Source: a virus
Lineage: Duplodnaviria; Heunggongvirae; Uroviricota; Caudoviricetes
IMG/VR virus record: IMGVR_UViG_3300042402_002792
Length of the DNA stretch: 64,000 nucleotides
Strand: one strand, 5' to 3'
Below are positions 56,336 to 64,000 of this stretch, in pieces. The notes below the pieces were generated by a model, which was given only the letters and a program-made list of their open reading frames with translations, ran no database searches and was not told the origin of the DNA. The translations under genes were made by a program, and so were the position numbers. The first letter of the stretch is position 1; every line of letters starts with the position of its first letter.

Positions 56336-57928
56336 ATGCATATAACAATTTTAGGCGGTGGAACAGCAGGATGGATAGCAGCTCTTATGCTATGTAAGAA
56401 TCATCCTAATCATACATTTAGTGTAGTAGCATCTAAAAGTGTAGGAATTTTAGGAGCAGGTGAAGCTGTCACTGGTGCATTGACTGCGTTGGTTTGCGGA
56501 TTCTACGGAGACCTTGGAATTGATCCTTTAGATTTTTTAAGAAAAACAAAAGCTATGCCTAAGTATGCAATCTATCATAAAGGTTGGACTAATGATATTA
56601 ACAAAGGATACTTAGGTCCTATTGATGGAACATTAACAACTTGTAATATTCCCGACGATGTGTTTACATATTTGGTAGCACAAAATCATGATAAAAAACA
56701 TCTAGGTGCTTTTATGGGTAATCTTGTTGAATATGACATTTCACCTATAAGCAAAATTACGCATGAATTTGAAGAGACTAGTCATGCCTTTCACTTTGAC
56801 GCAAAAGAAGCAGCTATCTATTTAGAAAATGTTACTTTAAAGAATAGTAATTGCAAATTAATTGACAAAAAAGTTGTAGACGTAAAGTTAGACGAAAGTG
56901 GTAATATTAGCTCATTGTTATTCGAAGATCAAAGCGTACATGAAAGTGATTTCTTTATCGATGCATCTGGATTCTCAAGAATCCTAATGAACAAACTAGA
57001 AACTAAATGGGTTAGTTACAAAAAATGGTTACCAATAAATGCAGGGTTACCGTTCTTTATCGATTATAAAGAAAATGAGGCACCAAAGCCTTATAGTGTT
57101 GCCTGGGCACAAAAAGCTGGATGGTACTGGGAAGCTAGTGTACAAACACGAAAAGGATGTGGTTATACATTCTGTGAAGATTTTATATCGTTTGACCAAG
57201 CTCACGCTGAGATAGAACAAGCATTAGGCCATAGTATTACACCTATTAACAAATTTAGATTTGACACTGGTAGATTAGAAAATACCTGGGTAAAAAATTG
57301 TTTAGCTATAGGACTAGCTAGTTCATTTGCAGAACCTTTAGAAGCAACTAGTATTCATAGTACTATTCAACAAATTAAACATTTTTGTTTTGAATTTTTA
57401 AGAGATAACAAAGAAGACACACTAAATCCTGCTTCTATTAACTTGTATAACAAAAGAGTTAACGGAATGTTTGATGACTACAAAGAATTCTTAGTCAGTC
57501 ATTATTTAGGAGGCAGAGATGACAGTGAGTTTTGGAAGTATATCTCTGCAGGTAACACACTTACTGACTTTAATAGAAATTTACGTGAAACATGTAAATC
57601 TCGTATTCCATCAATTTATGATTTTCCAGGATACCCAGGAGCTGCTGGGTGGACTATATGGTGCTGGATCTTAGCAGGTACAAATCAAATTACACCCGAA
57701 GTAGCAAGAAAAAATCTATCTCAACCAATGATTGATAAGGCTATTGAAAAACTAAATCAAATGAGTGTTACAGCTCATAGAATGGAATTAACACATTATA
57801 AATTTGCTGATTACAGATCGCATGTTAACATGCCTGATTTAAAATATGTACGCTGGCGTGGAAAAGACTTCCAAGGGCTACAGCACGATTATATACAAAA
57901 CACTAAAGCACATCAATTATATCAATAA
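56336..57928 (+). CDS. Flavin-dependent tryptophan-halogenase-family protein (divergent)
   Basis: GGGTAGW, LGAGEA, AMPKYAI, DASGF, GWYWEAS and FAEPLEATSI. Confidence 0.88.
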   Translation: MHITILGGGTAGWIAALMLCKNHPNHTFSVVASKSVGILGAGEAVTGALTALVCGFYGDLGIDPLDFLRKTKAMPKYAIYHKGWTNDINKGYLGPIDGTLTTCNIPDDVFTYLVAQNHDKKHLGAFMGNLVEYDISPISKITHEFEETSHAFHFDAKEAAIYLENVTLKNSNCKLIDKKVVDVKLDESGNISSLLFEDQSVHESDFFIDASGFSRILMNKLETKWVSYKKWLPINAGLPFFIDYKENEAPKPYSVAWAQKAGWYWEASVQTRKGCGYTFCEDFISFDQAHAEIEQALGHSITPINKFRFDTGRLENTWVKNCLAIGLASSFAEPLEATSIHSTIQQIKHFCFEFLRDNKEDTLNPASINLYNKRVNGMFDDYKEFLVSHYLGGRDDSEFWKYISAGNTLTDFNRNLRETCKSRIPSIYDFPGYPGAAGWTIWCWILAGTNQITPEVARKNLSQPMIDKAIEKLNQMSVTAHRMELTHYKFADYRSHVNMPDLKYVRWRGKDFQGLQHDYIQNTKAHQLYQ

Positions 57929-58346
57929 TTGTAGAAATTTTGTTTTCTAAATGACGATTTCTTAAACTTAAATCTAGGCCTTTATGTAAAGGCTTAGGTA
58001 AATGCTTTAAATCAAACCAACCCCATGCACAATGTTCAGAGCTTAGTTGCGGAATAAATTCCTCTGCTACTAAACAAAAATAAGTTTGAAATTTAAAATG
58101 TTGGTCGTTACTAACAAATCTTTCTAAGGGTATAGTTTTAGTAATTGATTGTTCGCCTATTTCTTCTTTGATTTCTCGTGACAATCCCTGCCATGCCGAC
58201 TCTCCGTCTATATGAGTGCCGCCAACTAATCCCCAGTACCCTGTATGCTTACCTTCAGCTTTTTGTAATAACAAAAATCTTTTTGTAGATTTAGAACAAA
58301 TTAATGCACCGGAGCATTCAACGGTTTTTATAGAGCTATTCTCCAT
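57903..58346 (-). CDS. Nudix hydrolase
   Basis: Nudix box GGTHIDGESAWQGLSREIKEEIG; SEH..W.W motif. Confidence 0.9.
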   Translation of the reverse strand: MENSSIKTVECSGALICSKSTKRFLLLQKAEGKHTGYWGLVGGTHIDGESAWQGLSREIKEEIGEQSITKTIPLERFVSNDQHFKFQTYFCLVAEEFIPQLSSEHCAWGWFDLKHLPKPLHKGLDLSLRNRHLENKISTIIDIIDVL

Positions 58347-60202
58347 TGTCCCCTCTTATACTCGCCCTCAAATGATTTGCTCCATTGTACACCGTTCCAT
58401 TTATACTGTGTATTTGTATAGAAATTAGTTTGGTATACTATGTTATCAGTAACCTCGTCAGCACTAAAAATTACTACCCACTTAGTACCATCCCATTCGA
58501 TAATGTCATTAGCTTCGGCTAACCCGTCAGTGCCGTTAGAATTTTTCCACGCATCTGGACCGTCTTCGTTTACGTTTAGCTCGTACTCGATTTCGTCGTC
58601 TGGATCTATCATGTTAGAAGCAACAATAATAAATTCTCTATCAGGCGGAATACCCTTAACATTAAATGTTAAAATTGAACCACTGCCATTTACTGTTAGT
58701 ACAGTAATTAAACAGTCGTTTGTGATATTAACACCGCCTAAAAATCTACCTCTAACTCGCACCTTATCACCGGGGGCATATCCTGACCCCGTATTATTAA
58801 TTACTGCACTATAAGATGCTGTAGCTAAATGTATAGTTACATCAAATGTAGCGTTTTGTGCTGATCCTGTAAAATTTTTAGAAGGTTTGTCATAATATAC
58901 AGGATCAGGTTGAGGATTTGAAATTACTTCAACACCGTTTACATATAATTTATGATCGTTAACTTTTTTAGCAAGAGTGTTTGTATGTATTAAATTAGTC
59001 CTGTTTGATGATATAAATCTATCACGTATTGCACCACCGATGCTATCTATTAGTAAGTATCTTTTTCCAGCAGCTATCGGCTGATCGGTTTTTTCTTTGT
59101 TTGGTCGTTTTGGATTAAATGTAGTAGGATCTACAATAGCATCAAAAAAACCATATTCGTTAATAGGTCTTACTGGACCAGGAATAGCAGTGTTAGACGG
59201 AAACGTATCTGGATCCCAAGAAGCTATTAGTGTAGTTAAATCTGTAGGATGAAAGCTGATTGATCCAACCACTTCAGTATCGTCTGGCTGTTTTAAATAT
59301 ATTTTACTTAACCCGCTAGTTAATTTACCGGGAAACTGTTGTACAAGCATATCCCATGCCAACCAGTTATCGAATCCTATTGAATTACTTCTAGCACGAA
59401 CAATAGTTGTTTCAACAACTATGTCAAAATTTCCTATAGTTACTCGTTGAGTAAAAAGTTTGTCTACAGGGTCAGTCTGACCAACAGCTATGTCTGTTGC
59501 TAATCCATCTATATAATCTAAATGAGGATCACTTTTGTTTTCAAAAATATTTGCAATAATATTAGTAATGATACCTAATTTCTTAACTTTTACTGGAGGA
59601 CTGATATAGATAGGAGTTTTAAGTGTAAGTGTAGCTATGTCAATTGCAGAATTTGTACCTGTTGGTACACTGCGAGAAGTGAATGTTACATCTTGTAATT
59701 CTAGTACACTAATAGAAGTCCAGTCAATGTAATTGTCAGTGGTTTGTAGTTCAAGGCTAGGATTGAATAATACTAGTATTTGCTCTAGTATTTGTAATTT
59801 TTGCTCGGTACTAGTCGACCAAATGTCAACTTTAAGAGTAAGATCGAACGGAGTAGGCATCAATCGTTCAACAGTGTAATTAGCTCCTTCAGAGTAGACG
59901 TAGTCACCAGTAGCATCATCAATATCTCTTTCTCTTATGTGCAATTTACTAACAAAACTACTGTCACTTAATCTATCTCTAGCTAGATCTAGGTCATTAA
60001 CGTAAACAGCAATACGAGGAGCAGTTGGTACAGTATTTTCGCTATTTTGATTTACAATAAATGCTGCCTGTCGATCTTGATCTCCATACATAACAGGAAC
60101 TCTAACTAATGTTCCGTCTCCATATTGTACTACAAAATTACTAAGCATTCTAATAACTTGTGTAAGATATCTTCTTATTTGTCCGTCGTAAAAATATTGC
60201 AT
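58328..60202 (-). CDS. gp15: Tail terminator / sheath stabiliser (T4 gp15-like) with a long C-terminal extension
   Basis: YFYDGQIRRY, RVPVMYG, PTPFDL, QKLQILEQILVLFNP; adjacent to the neck genes. Confidence 0.8.
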   Translation of the reverse strand: MQYFYDGQIRRYLTQVIRMLSNFVVQYGDGTLVRVPVMYGDQDRQAAFIVNQNSENTVPTAPRIAVYVNDLDLARDRLSDSSFVSKLHIRERDIDDATGDYVYSEGANYTVERLMPTPFDLTLKVDIWSTSTEQKLQILEQILVLFNPSLELQTTDNYIDWTSISVLELQDVTFTSRSVPTGTNSAIDIATLTLKTPIYISPPVKVKKLGIITNIIANIFENKSDPHLDYIDGLATDIAVGQTDPVDKLFTQRVTIGNFDIVVETTIVRARSNSIGFDNWLAWDMLVQQFPGKLTSGLSKIYLKQPDDTEVVGSISFHPTDLTTLIASWDPDTFPSNTAIPGPVRPINEYGFFDAIVDPTTFNPKRPNKEKTDQPIAAGKRYLLIDSIGGAIRDRFISSNRTNLIHTNTLAKKVNDHKLYVNGVEVISNPQPDPVYYDKPSKNFTGSAQNATFDVTIHLATASYSAVINNTGSGYAPGDKVRVRGRFLGGVNITNDCLITVLTVNGSGSILTFNVKGIPPDREFIIVASNMIDPDDEIEYELNVNEDGPDAWKNSNGTDGLAEANDIIEWDGTKWVVIFSADEVTDNIVYQTNFYTNTQYKWNGVQWSKSFEGEYKRGQWRIAL

Positions 60203-61374
60203 TAGAAATCTGCCCTAGGTTTAAGTGCTTTAGAAAGACTCTGACGTTCTTGAATATTATCTCCAGCAATAACTGCTGAATTAGTGTTATTGATAAATCC
60301 AGTTTTTTGAGTATTTCTATTATCTGTATTAGTAATTGTGTGTCGAACTGCATCTTCAACTTTGATCCAACGTTTACCGTCATACCTAAACAGCCTGTTA
60401 GGCATAAGATCAGTACGTAAAAAGAAATCATCTTTTAGTGCCGAGTTAGGAAATTGTATACCAAACCCAAAATCAGCACCATTAGGTGGAATCCCATCAC
60501 CAATCAAATAACCACTGTATCCGGCACGTTTTGCACGTTCGTTCATTAAACTGGCATCTAACGTGATTGCACTAGCATCGATGTCAGTTTCGTCTGCTGT
60601 TCTTAAAGCAGGGTTGCCGTTTTCGTCTAAGGCCAGTGTGTAATAATGTTGTGTCTCAAAACCGCTCTTAGGCACATCTGCTTCCGCTTGAGCAATTACT
60701 GCATCGTTAATTTGAAGCTGTTTATTATAGTTACTTAGTACATCTCTTAATGTTTGATTAGTAGCTTCCCCAGTAACAGGATTTACAATAGCCTTGTCAA
60801 AAATTTCTTTATACTGCTGACTGTCTACTATTTTTCTTAATTTTAATCTGTATAAGTGTGGATACCATGTACGGCTAAATCCTTCAGCAGCACGACCTAC
60901 TTCTTCAATAACAAAGTATCTAGGTAGTGCTACATCAAAGTCGTTAAGAGCAAACTCGTCACGTAAATGTGGAAGTTCTATAACATCTCCCGCTAAAGGT
61001 TTACGTCCGATCATACTGACAAAATCATTAATATGTACAGTCATAAAAACTGTATCATTGTCAATCATAAGTCCAAATTGACTTAAATTAAAATCAATAT
61101 CGGAAACATTATAGATACCTCTAAGAGTATAAATGCTAGTATCGTATTTTCTATCACGATTTTCTAACAACAACAAGTCTTGTATGTTAGTTTCTTTTAC
61201 AGCATCATACCTGGGTTGGTCTGCTGTAGCTTCTTCTAAACTAGGATTTCTAGGGCCTAGATATTTGTGCAGATATACGTCAGTTCCGCCAACTTGAAAC
61301 ATCTCAGAAATATTACGATCTAAGAACTTGTAATCAGCACCTTTTTCTGGCTTGTAAATTGATAAACGGGGCAT
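60202..61374 (-). CDS. gp14: Neck protein (T4 gp14-like)
   Basis: LSQFGL, KPLAGDVIELPHL; lies between gp15 and gp13. Confidence 0.7.
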   Translation of the reverse strand: MPRLSIYKPEKGADYKFLDRNISEMFQVGGTDVYLHKYLGPRNPSLEEATADQPRYDAVKETNIQDLLLLENRDRKYDTSIYTLRGIYNVSDIDFNLSQFGLMIDNDTVFMTVHINDFVSMIGRKPLAGDVIELPHLRDEFALNDFDVALPRYFVIEEVGRAAEGFSRTWYPHLYRLKLRKIVDSQQYKEIFDKAIVNPVTGEATNQTLRDVLSNYNKQLQINDAVIAQAEADVPKSGFETQHYYTLALDENGNPALRTADETDIDASAITLDASLMNERAKRAGYSGYLIGDGIPPNGADFGFGIQFPNSALKDDFFLRTDLMPNRLFRYDGKRWIKVEDAVRHTITNTDNRNTQKTGFINNTNSAVIAGDNIQERQSLSKALKPRADF

Positions 61375-61381
61375 AGTCTAA

Positions 61382-61398
61382 TATTTAGCGAATAAATA
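61382..61398. promoter_or_regulatory. Back-to-back late promoters (- TAAATA 61387-61382; + ATAAATA 61392-61398)
   Basis: Both motifs lie in the 39-nt gap between gp14 and gp13. Confidence 0.65.
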
Positions 61399-61413
61399 CA
61401 TAGGGAGATTGGA

Positions 61414-62175
61414 ATGTCAGATAATCCGCAAGCCGTTAAACAAAAAGTATTCGATTATTGTCGCACTATGCTAGGTGACGGCATGATCGATGTTGAGCTC
61501 GATCCTATTCATTATGAAACAGCACTAGAAAAAGCACTAACTCGCTTTAGACAGCGTAGTCCTAACAGTGTAGAAGAAAGTTACATGTTCTTAGAATTAG
61601 AAAAAGATCGCAATGATTATATTCTTCCTCAAGAAGTTATTAATGTGCAAAGTGTTTTTAGACGAACGCTGGGATCTAGAACAGGCGGCGGAACCGGTAC
61701 AAACTTTGAACCATTTAACTTAGCCTATACTAACACATACCTATTAAATTCAACTATGTTAGGTGGTATTGCTACATATTTTATGTTTGCTAGCTATCAA
61801 GAAACAATTGGTAAAATGTTTGGTAGCTACATTGAATTTCAATGGATCCAGTCTAGTAAAACTTTGCGAATTTTACAACGTCCATTTACAGAAGGCGAAA
61901 CTATAATGTTACGCTGCCAAAATTACAGACCTGATTATGTTATTATTGAAGATCTGTATGCAAGACAATGGATTAAAGATTATACACTTGCAAACTGTAA
62001 ATTAATGTTAGGTGAAGCTCGTAGTAAGTTTTCAAGTATTGCAGGCCCGCAAGGCGGCGGCAGTTTAAATGGCGGCGACCTTAAAGCTGACGGAAAAGCT
62101 GAAGTTGAAAAATTAGATAAAGAACTTGAAACTTTAATTTCTGGCGGAACTGGATATACATTTATTATAGGCTAA
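61414..62175 (+). CDS. gp13: Neck protein (T4 gp13-like)
   Basis: LG..MIDVELD, WIKDYTLA.CK.MLGEARSKF..IAGPQGG.SLNG. Confidence 0.85.
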   Translation: MSDNPQAVKQKVFDYCRTMLGDGMIDVELDPIHYETALEKALTRFRQRSPNSVEESYMFLELEKDRNDYILPQEVINVQSVFRRTLGSRTGGGTGTNFEPFNLAYTNTYLLNSTMLGGIATYFMFASYQETIGKMFGSYIEFQWIQSSKTLRILQRPFTEGETIMLRCQNYRPDYVIIEDLYARQWIKDYTLANCKLMLGEARSKFSSIAGPQGGGSLNGGDLKADGKAEVEKLDKELETLISGGTGYTFIIG

Positions 62176-62176
62176 T

Positions 62177-62554
62177 ATGAAAATCTACGAAGTTATTACA
62201 GAAGTACGTCAACCTAAACCTACTAAACGTCAAAGTCAATCTAGTAGAGGATTAACTATATATGGCGATTCTGAACGTGCTAACAGTGACTATGTAGCTT
62301 TTAAATTAGGACAAGCAATGGCCAGTACAGATGGCAAAACTAAACCAGACATTGATGGCAAAAGCTGGCACGGTAAAAAGAAAACAATTCATCCCTATAC
62401 AGAAGTTGAACATGAAATGTTCAAACAGGCTGCTAAAGTAGTAGGTGCAGACTATCAAGATCTAAACAAAGGCGATATGCGTAGTCTAGAGCTCGAAACT
62501 ACAAACATAACAAGTCCAGTTGCAAAGCCCAAACGCAACAAATATGGCGTATAA
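62177..62554 (+). CDS. Hypothetical protein with a capsid-targeting-like N-terminus
   Basis: MKIYEVITE start, similar to that of 2035. Confidence 0.6.
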   Translation: MKIYEVITEVRQPKPTKRQSQSSRGLTIYGDSERANSDYVAFKLGQAMASTDGKTKPDIDGKSWHGKKKTIHPYTEVEHEMFKQAAKVVGADYQDLNKGDMRSLELETTNITSPVAKPKRNKYGV

Positions 62555-62560
62555 TCACTA

Positions 62561-62589
62561 TTGACAAACTTGTAAAAATCGTGTAATAT
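62561..62589 (+). promoter_or_regulatory. Sigma70-type promoter TTGACA-N17-TAATAT
   Basis: Perfect -35, 17-nt spacer; upstream of the dNMP kinase. Confidence 0.7.
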
Positions 62590-62610
62590 ATAGTATCACT
62601 GGGGGATACT

Positions 62611-63291
62611 ATGATTGTTGGCTTTGTTGGTTTTATTGGTTCAGGCAAAGATACTGCCGCAGATTACTTGGTAAATTTTCATGGATATCGACGAGACTCG
62701 TTTGCTAACACACTTAAAGATGCAGTAGCTTGTGTTTTTGGATGGGATCGAACCTTACTTGAAGGGCGTACTAAAGAAGCCCGTGAATGGCGAGAGCAAG
62801 TTGACATGTGGTGGGCAGAACGCCTAGGTATGCCTAACCTAACACCTCGTTGGGTTTTACAATATTGGGGTACAGACGTGCTTCGCAAAAGCTTTCATGA
62901 CGATATCTGGATTGCTAGTCTTGAAAACAAAATGCGTAAAACCGCTGATAATATTGTAATCAGTGATGTGCGATTTCCTAACGAAATTCAAGCAATTCAT
63001 AATGCAGGCGGCATTGTTGTTCGCATCAAACGCGGTGATGACCCTGAATGGTATCAAGACGCTGTTAACATGAACGAAGGAAGCGGTAATATGAGCTGGC
63101 TGCTTAGTACCGATAAATTAAAACGTCTAGGGATACACGCTAGTGAAACTAGCTGGGTTGGCGGGGATATTGATCATACTATTTCTAACAATTCTACCAT
63201 AGATGAACTGTTTGAACAAATTAGAAATCTGGTAGAAGATCGCCACGACGCCACTGAAACCCTTCTTTATGTAACAGCCTCTGGCAATTAG
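62611..63291 (+). CDS. gp1: Deoxynucleoside monophosphate kinase (T4 gp1-like)
   Basis: P-loop GFIGSGKDT, SFA..LK, TPRWVLQYWGT, ISDVRFPNE and HASE. Confidence 0.9.
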   Translation: MIVGFVGFIGSGKDTAADYLVNFHGYRRDSFANTLKDAVACVFGWDRTLLEGRTKEAREWREQVDMWWAERLGMPNLTPRWVLQYWGTDVLRKSFHDDIWIASLENKMRKTADNIVISDVRFPNEIQAIHNAGGIVVRIKRGDDPEWYQDAVNMNEGSGNMSWLLSTDKLKRLGIHASETSWVGGDIDHTISNNSTIDELFEQIRNLVEDRHDATETLLYVTASGN

Positions 63292-63562
63292 CACATACAG
63301 ACTTTAAATTACTGTGACGAGTATTATTGAGATTGCCGTCTATGTGATAAACATTAAACTGTTCTTTGTATTTTGATTTAAAATTACATTTGTCGCAAAC
63401 AAGCTTTATGCGATAACCATCTTGATACCATTTAGGCAGTCCTTTAGCAGTACCTCCGTACCTAAGACAAGATTCGCACTTAGATCTGTAATAAATCTTT
63501 CCTGCTTTTTGATAGTTTATCGCCGCGGGTCTCAACCCGCATGTACATAATGGTCTAGTCAT
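63221..63562 (-). CDS. HNH-family zinc-finger protein
   Basis: CTC/C..C, CDKC and HIDGNLNN...NL..VCANC. Confidence 0.75.
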   Translation of the reverse strand: MTRPLCTCGLRPAAINYQKAGKIYYRSKCESCLRYGGTAKGLPKWYQDGYRIKLVCDKCNFKSKYKEQFNVYHIDGNLNNTRHSNLKSVCANCQRLLHKEGFQWRRGDLLPDF

Positions 63563-63567
63563 AAAGC

Positions 63568-63641
63568 TATTTATAACTGCCCTTTTTGATCCCTTTTTGG
63601 TCTGTTATTACTAGGTATTTTTTGATACTTTCCAATAAATA
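63568..63641. promoter_or_regulatory. Divergent late promoters (- TATAAATA 63575-63568; + ATAAATA 63635-63641)
   Basis: Located upstream of the HNH gene and of the sheath gene. Confidence 0.65.
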
Positions 63642-63673
63642 CTAGTAGAACAAAAACCTTAGGAGATTCCAAG

Positions 63674-64000
63674 ATGGCATTAAGTTCACCAGGCGTAGAA
63701 GTCAAAGTAATTGACGAATCGTTTTATACACCAGCAGCTCCTGGCACAGTACCACTAGTAATTGTTGCCTCTGCTGAAAACAAAGCAAACAGCGGAGGTA
63801 CCGGAACCGCCCCGGGCACACTTAAAGCCAACGCTGGAGAAGTTTATCTTCTAACAAGTCAGCGTGACTTAGGTGATGTATTCGGAGATCCAGTCTTTAA
63901 GACAGATTCGAATAACAATCCTATCCATGCTGGAGAGCAAAACGAATACGGTTTACAAGCCGCATATAGTTTATTAGGTGTTAGCAATCGTGCATTTGTT
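63674..64000 (+). CDS. gp18: Tail sheath protein (T4 gp18-like), 3'-truncated by the window edge
   Basis: Not in the ORF track. AGGAG SD, then MALSSPGVEVKVIDESFYTPAAPGTVPL...LTSQRDLGDVFGDP; open to the end of the window. Confidence 0.9.
   Translation, partial: MALSSPGVEVKVIDESFYTPAAPGTVPLVIVASAENKANSGGTGTAPGTLKANAGEVYLLTSQRDLGDVFGDPVFKTDSNNNPIHAGEQNEYGLQAAYSLLGVSNRAFV

Noticed and set aside
2154-63057. Numerous antisense and alternate-frame ORFs in the track (e.g. 10192-10761, 46081-46455, 58440-58814)
   Set aside because: They are shadow ORFs of well-supported genes, produced by codon bias.
1-64000. Stop-codon reassignment, tRNA genes, inteins
   Set aside because: Core genes are intact in code 11 with TAA, TAG and TGA all used as stops. 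I recognised no cloverleaf or intein motif.

Overview
This 64-kb window is the late (virion) region of a large, AT-rich T4-like myovirus; the host cannot be read from the window. It opens with the 3' end of the gp46 (Rad50/SbcC-like) nuclease, an Hc1-like protein, a GIY-YIG nuclease and ~430 nt of highly structured non-coding DNA. Next come a putative head-packaged membrane protein, a gp26-like/gp51-like pair joined by a likely -1 frameshift, a tape-measure-like protein and the head module (portal gp20, core, protease gp21, scaffold gp22, MCP gp23). About 34 kb of fibre/appendage genes follow, including four giant paralogues (1413, 1709, 2713 and 3478 aa). After them lies a ~9-kb tailoring island (five 2OG-Fe(II) oxygenases, three flavin-dependent Trp-halogenase homologues, one carbamoyltransferase), then a Nudix hydrolase, gp15/gp14/gp13, dNMP kinase, an HNH protein and the start of tail sheath gp18. 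T4-type late promoters (TAAATA) precede most units. The most striking observation is in the 3478-aa virion protein: eight helical repeats, most ~145-160 aa apart, that reproduce the phycobiliprotein bilin-attachment motif (C-x-R-D-x-x-Y...Y...G), seven of them keeping the Cys. This suggests a possibly bilin-chromophorylated virion appendage. Other main leads are the late-expressed halogenase/hydroxylase/carbamoyltransferase island beside Gly/Trp/Pro-rich fibre-tip genes, the G/GT-type frameshift and several structured RNA candidates. All family calls come from recognising motifs by eye, not from database searches.
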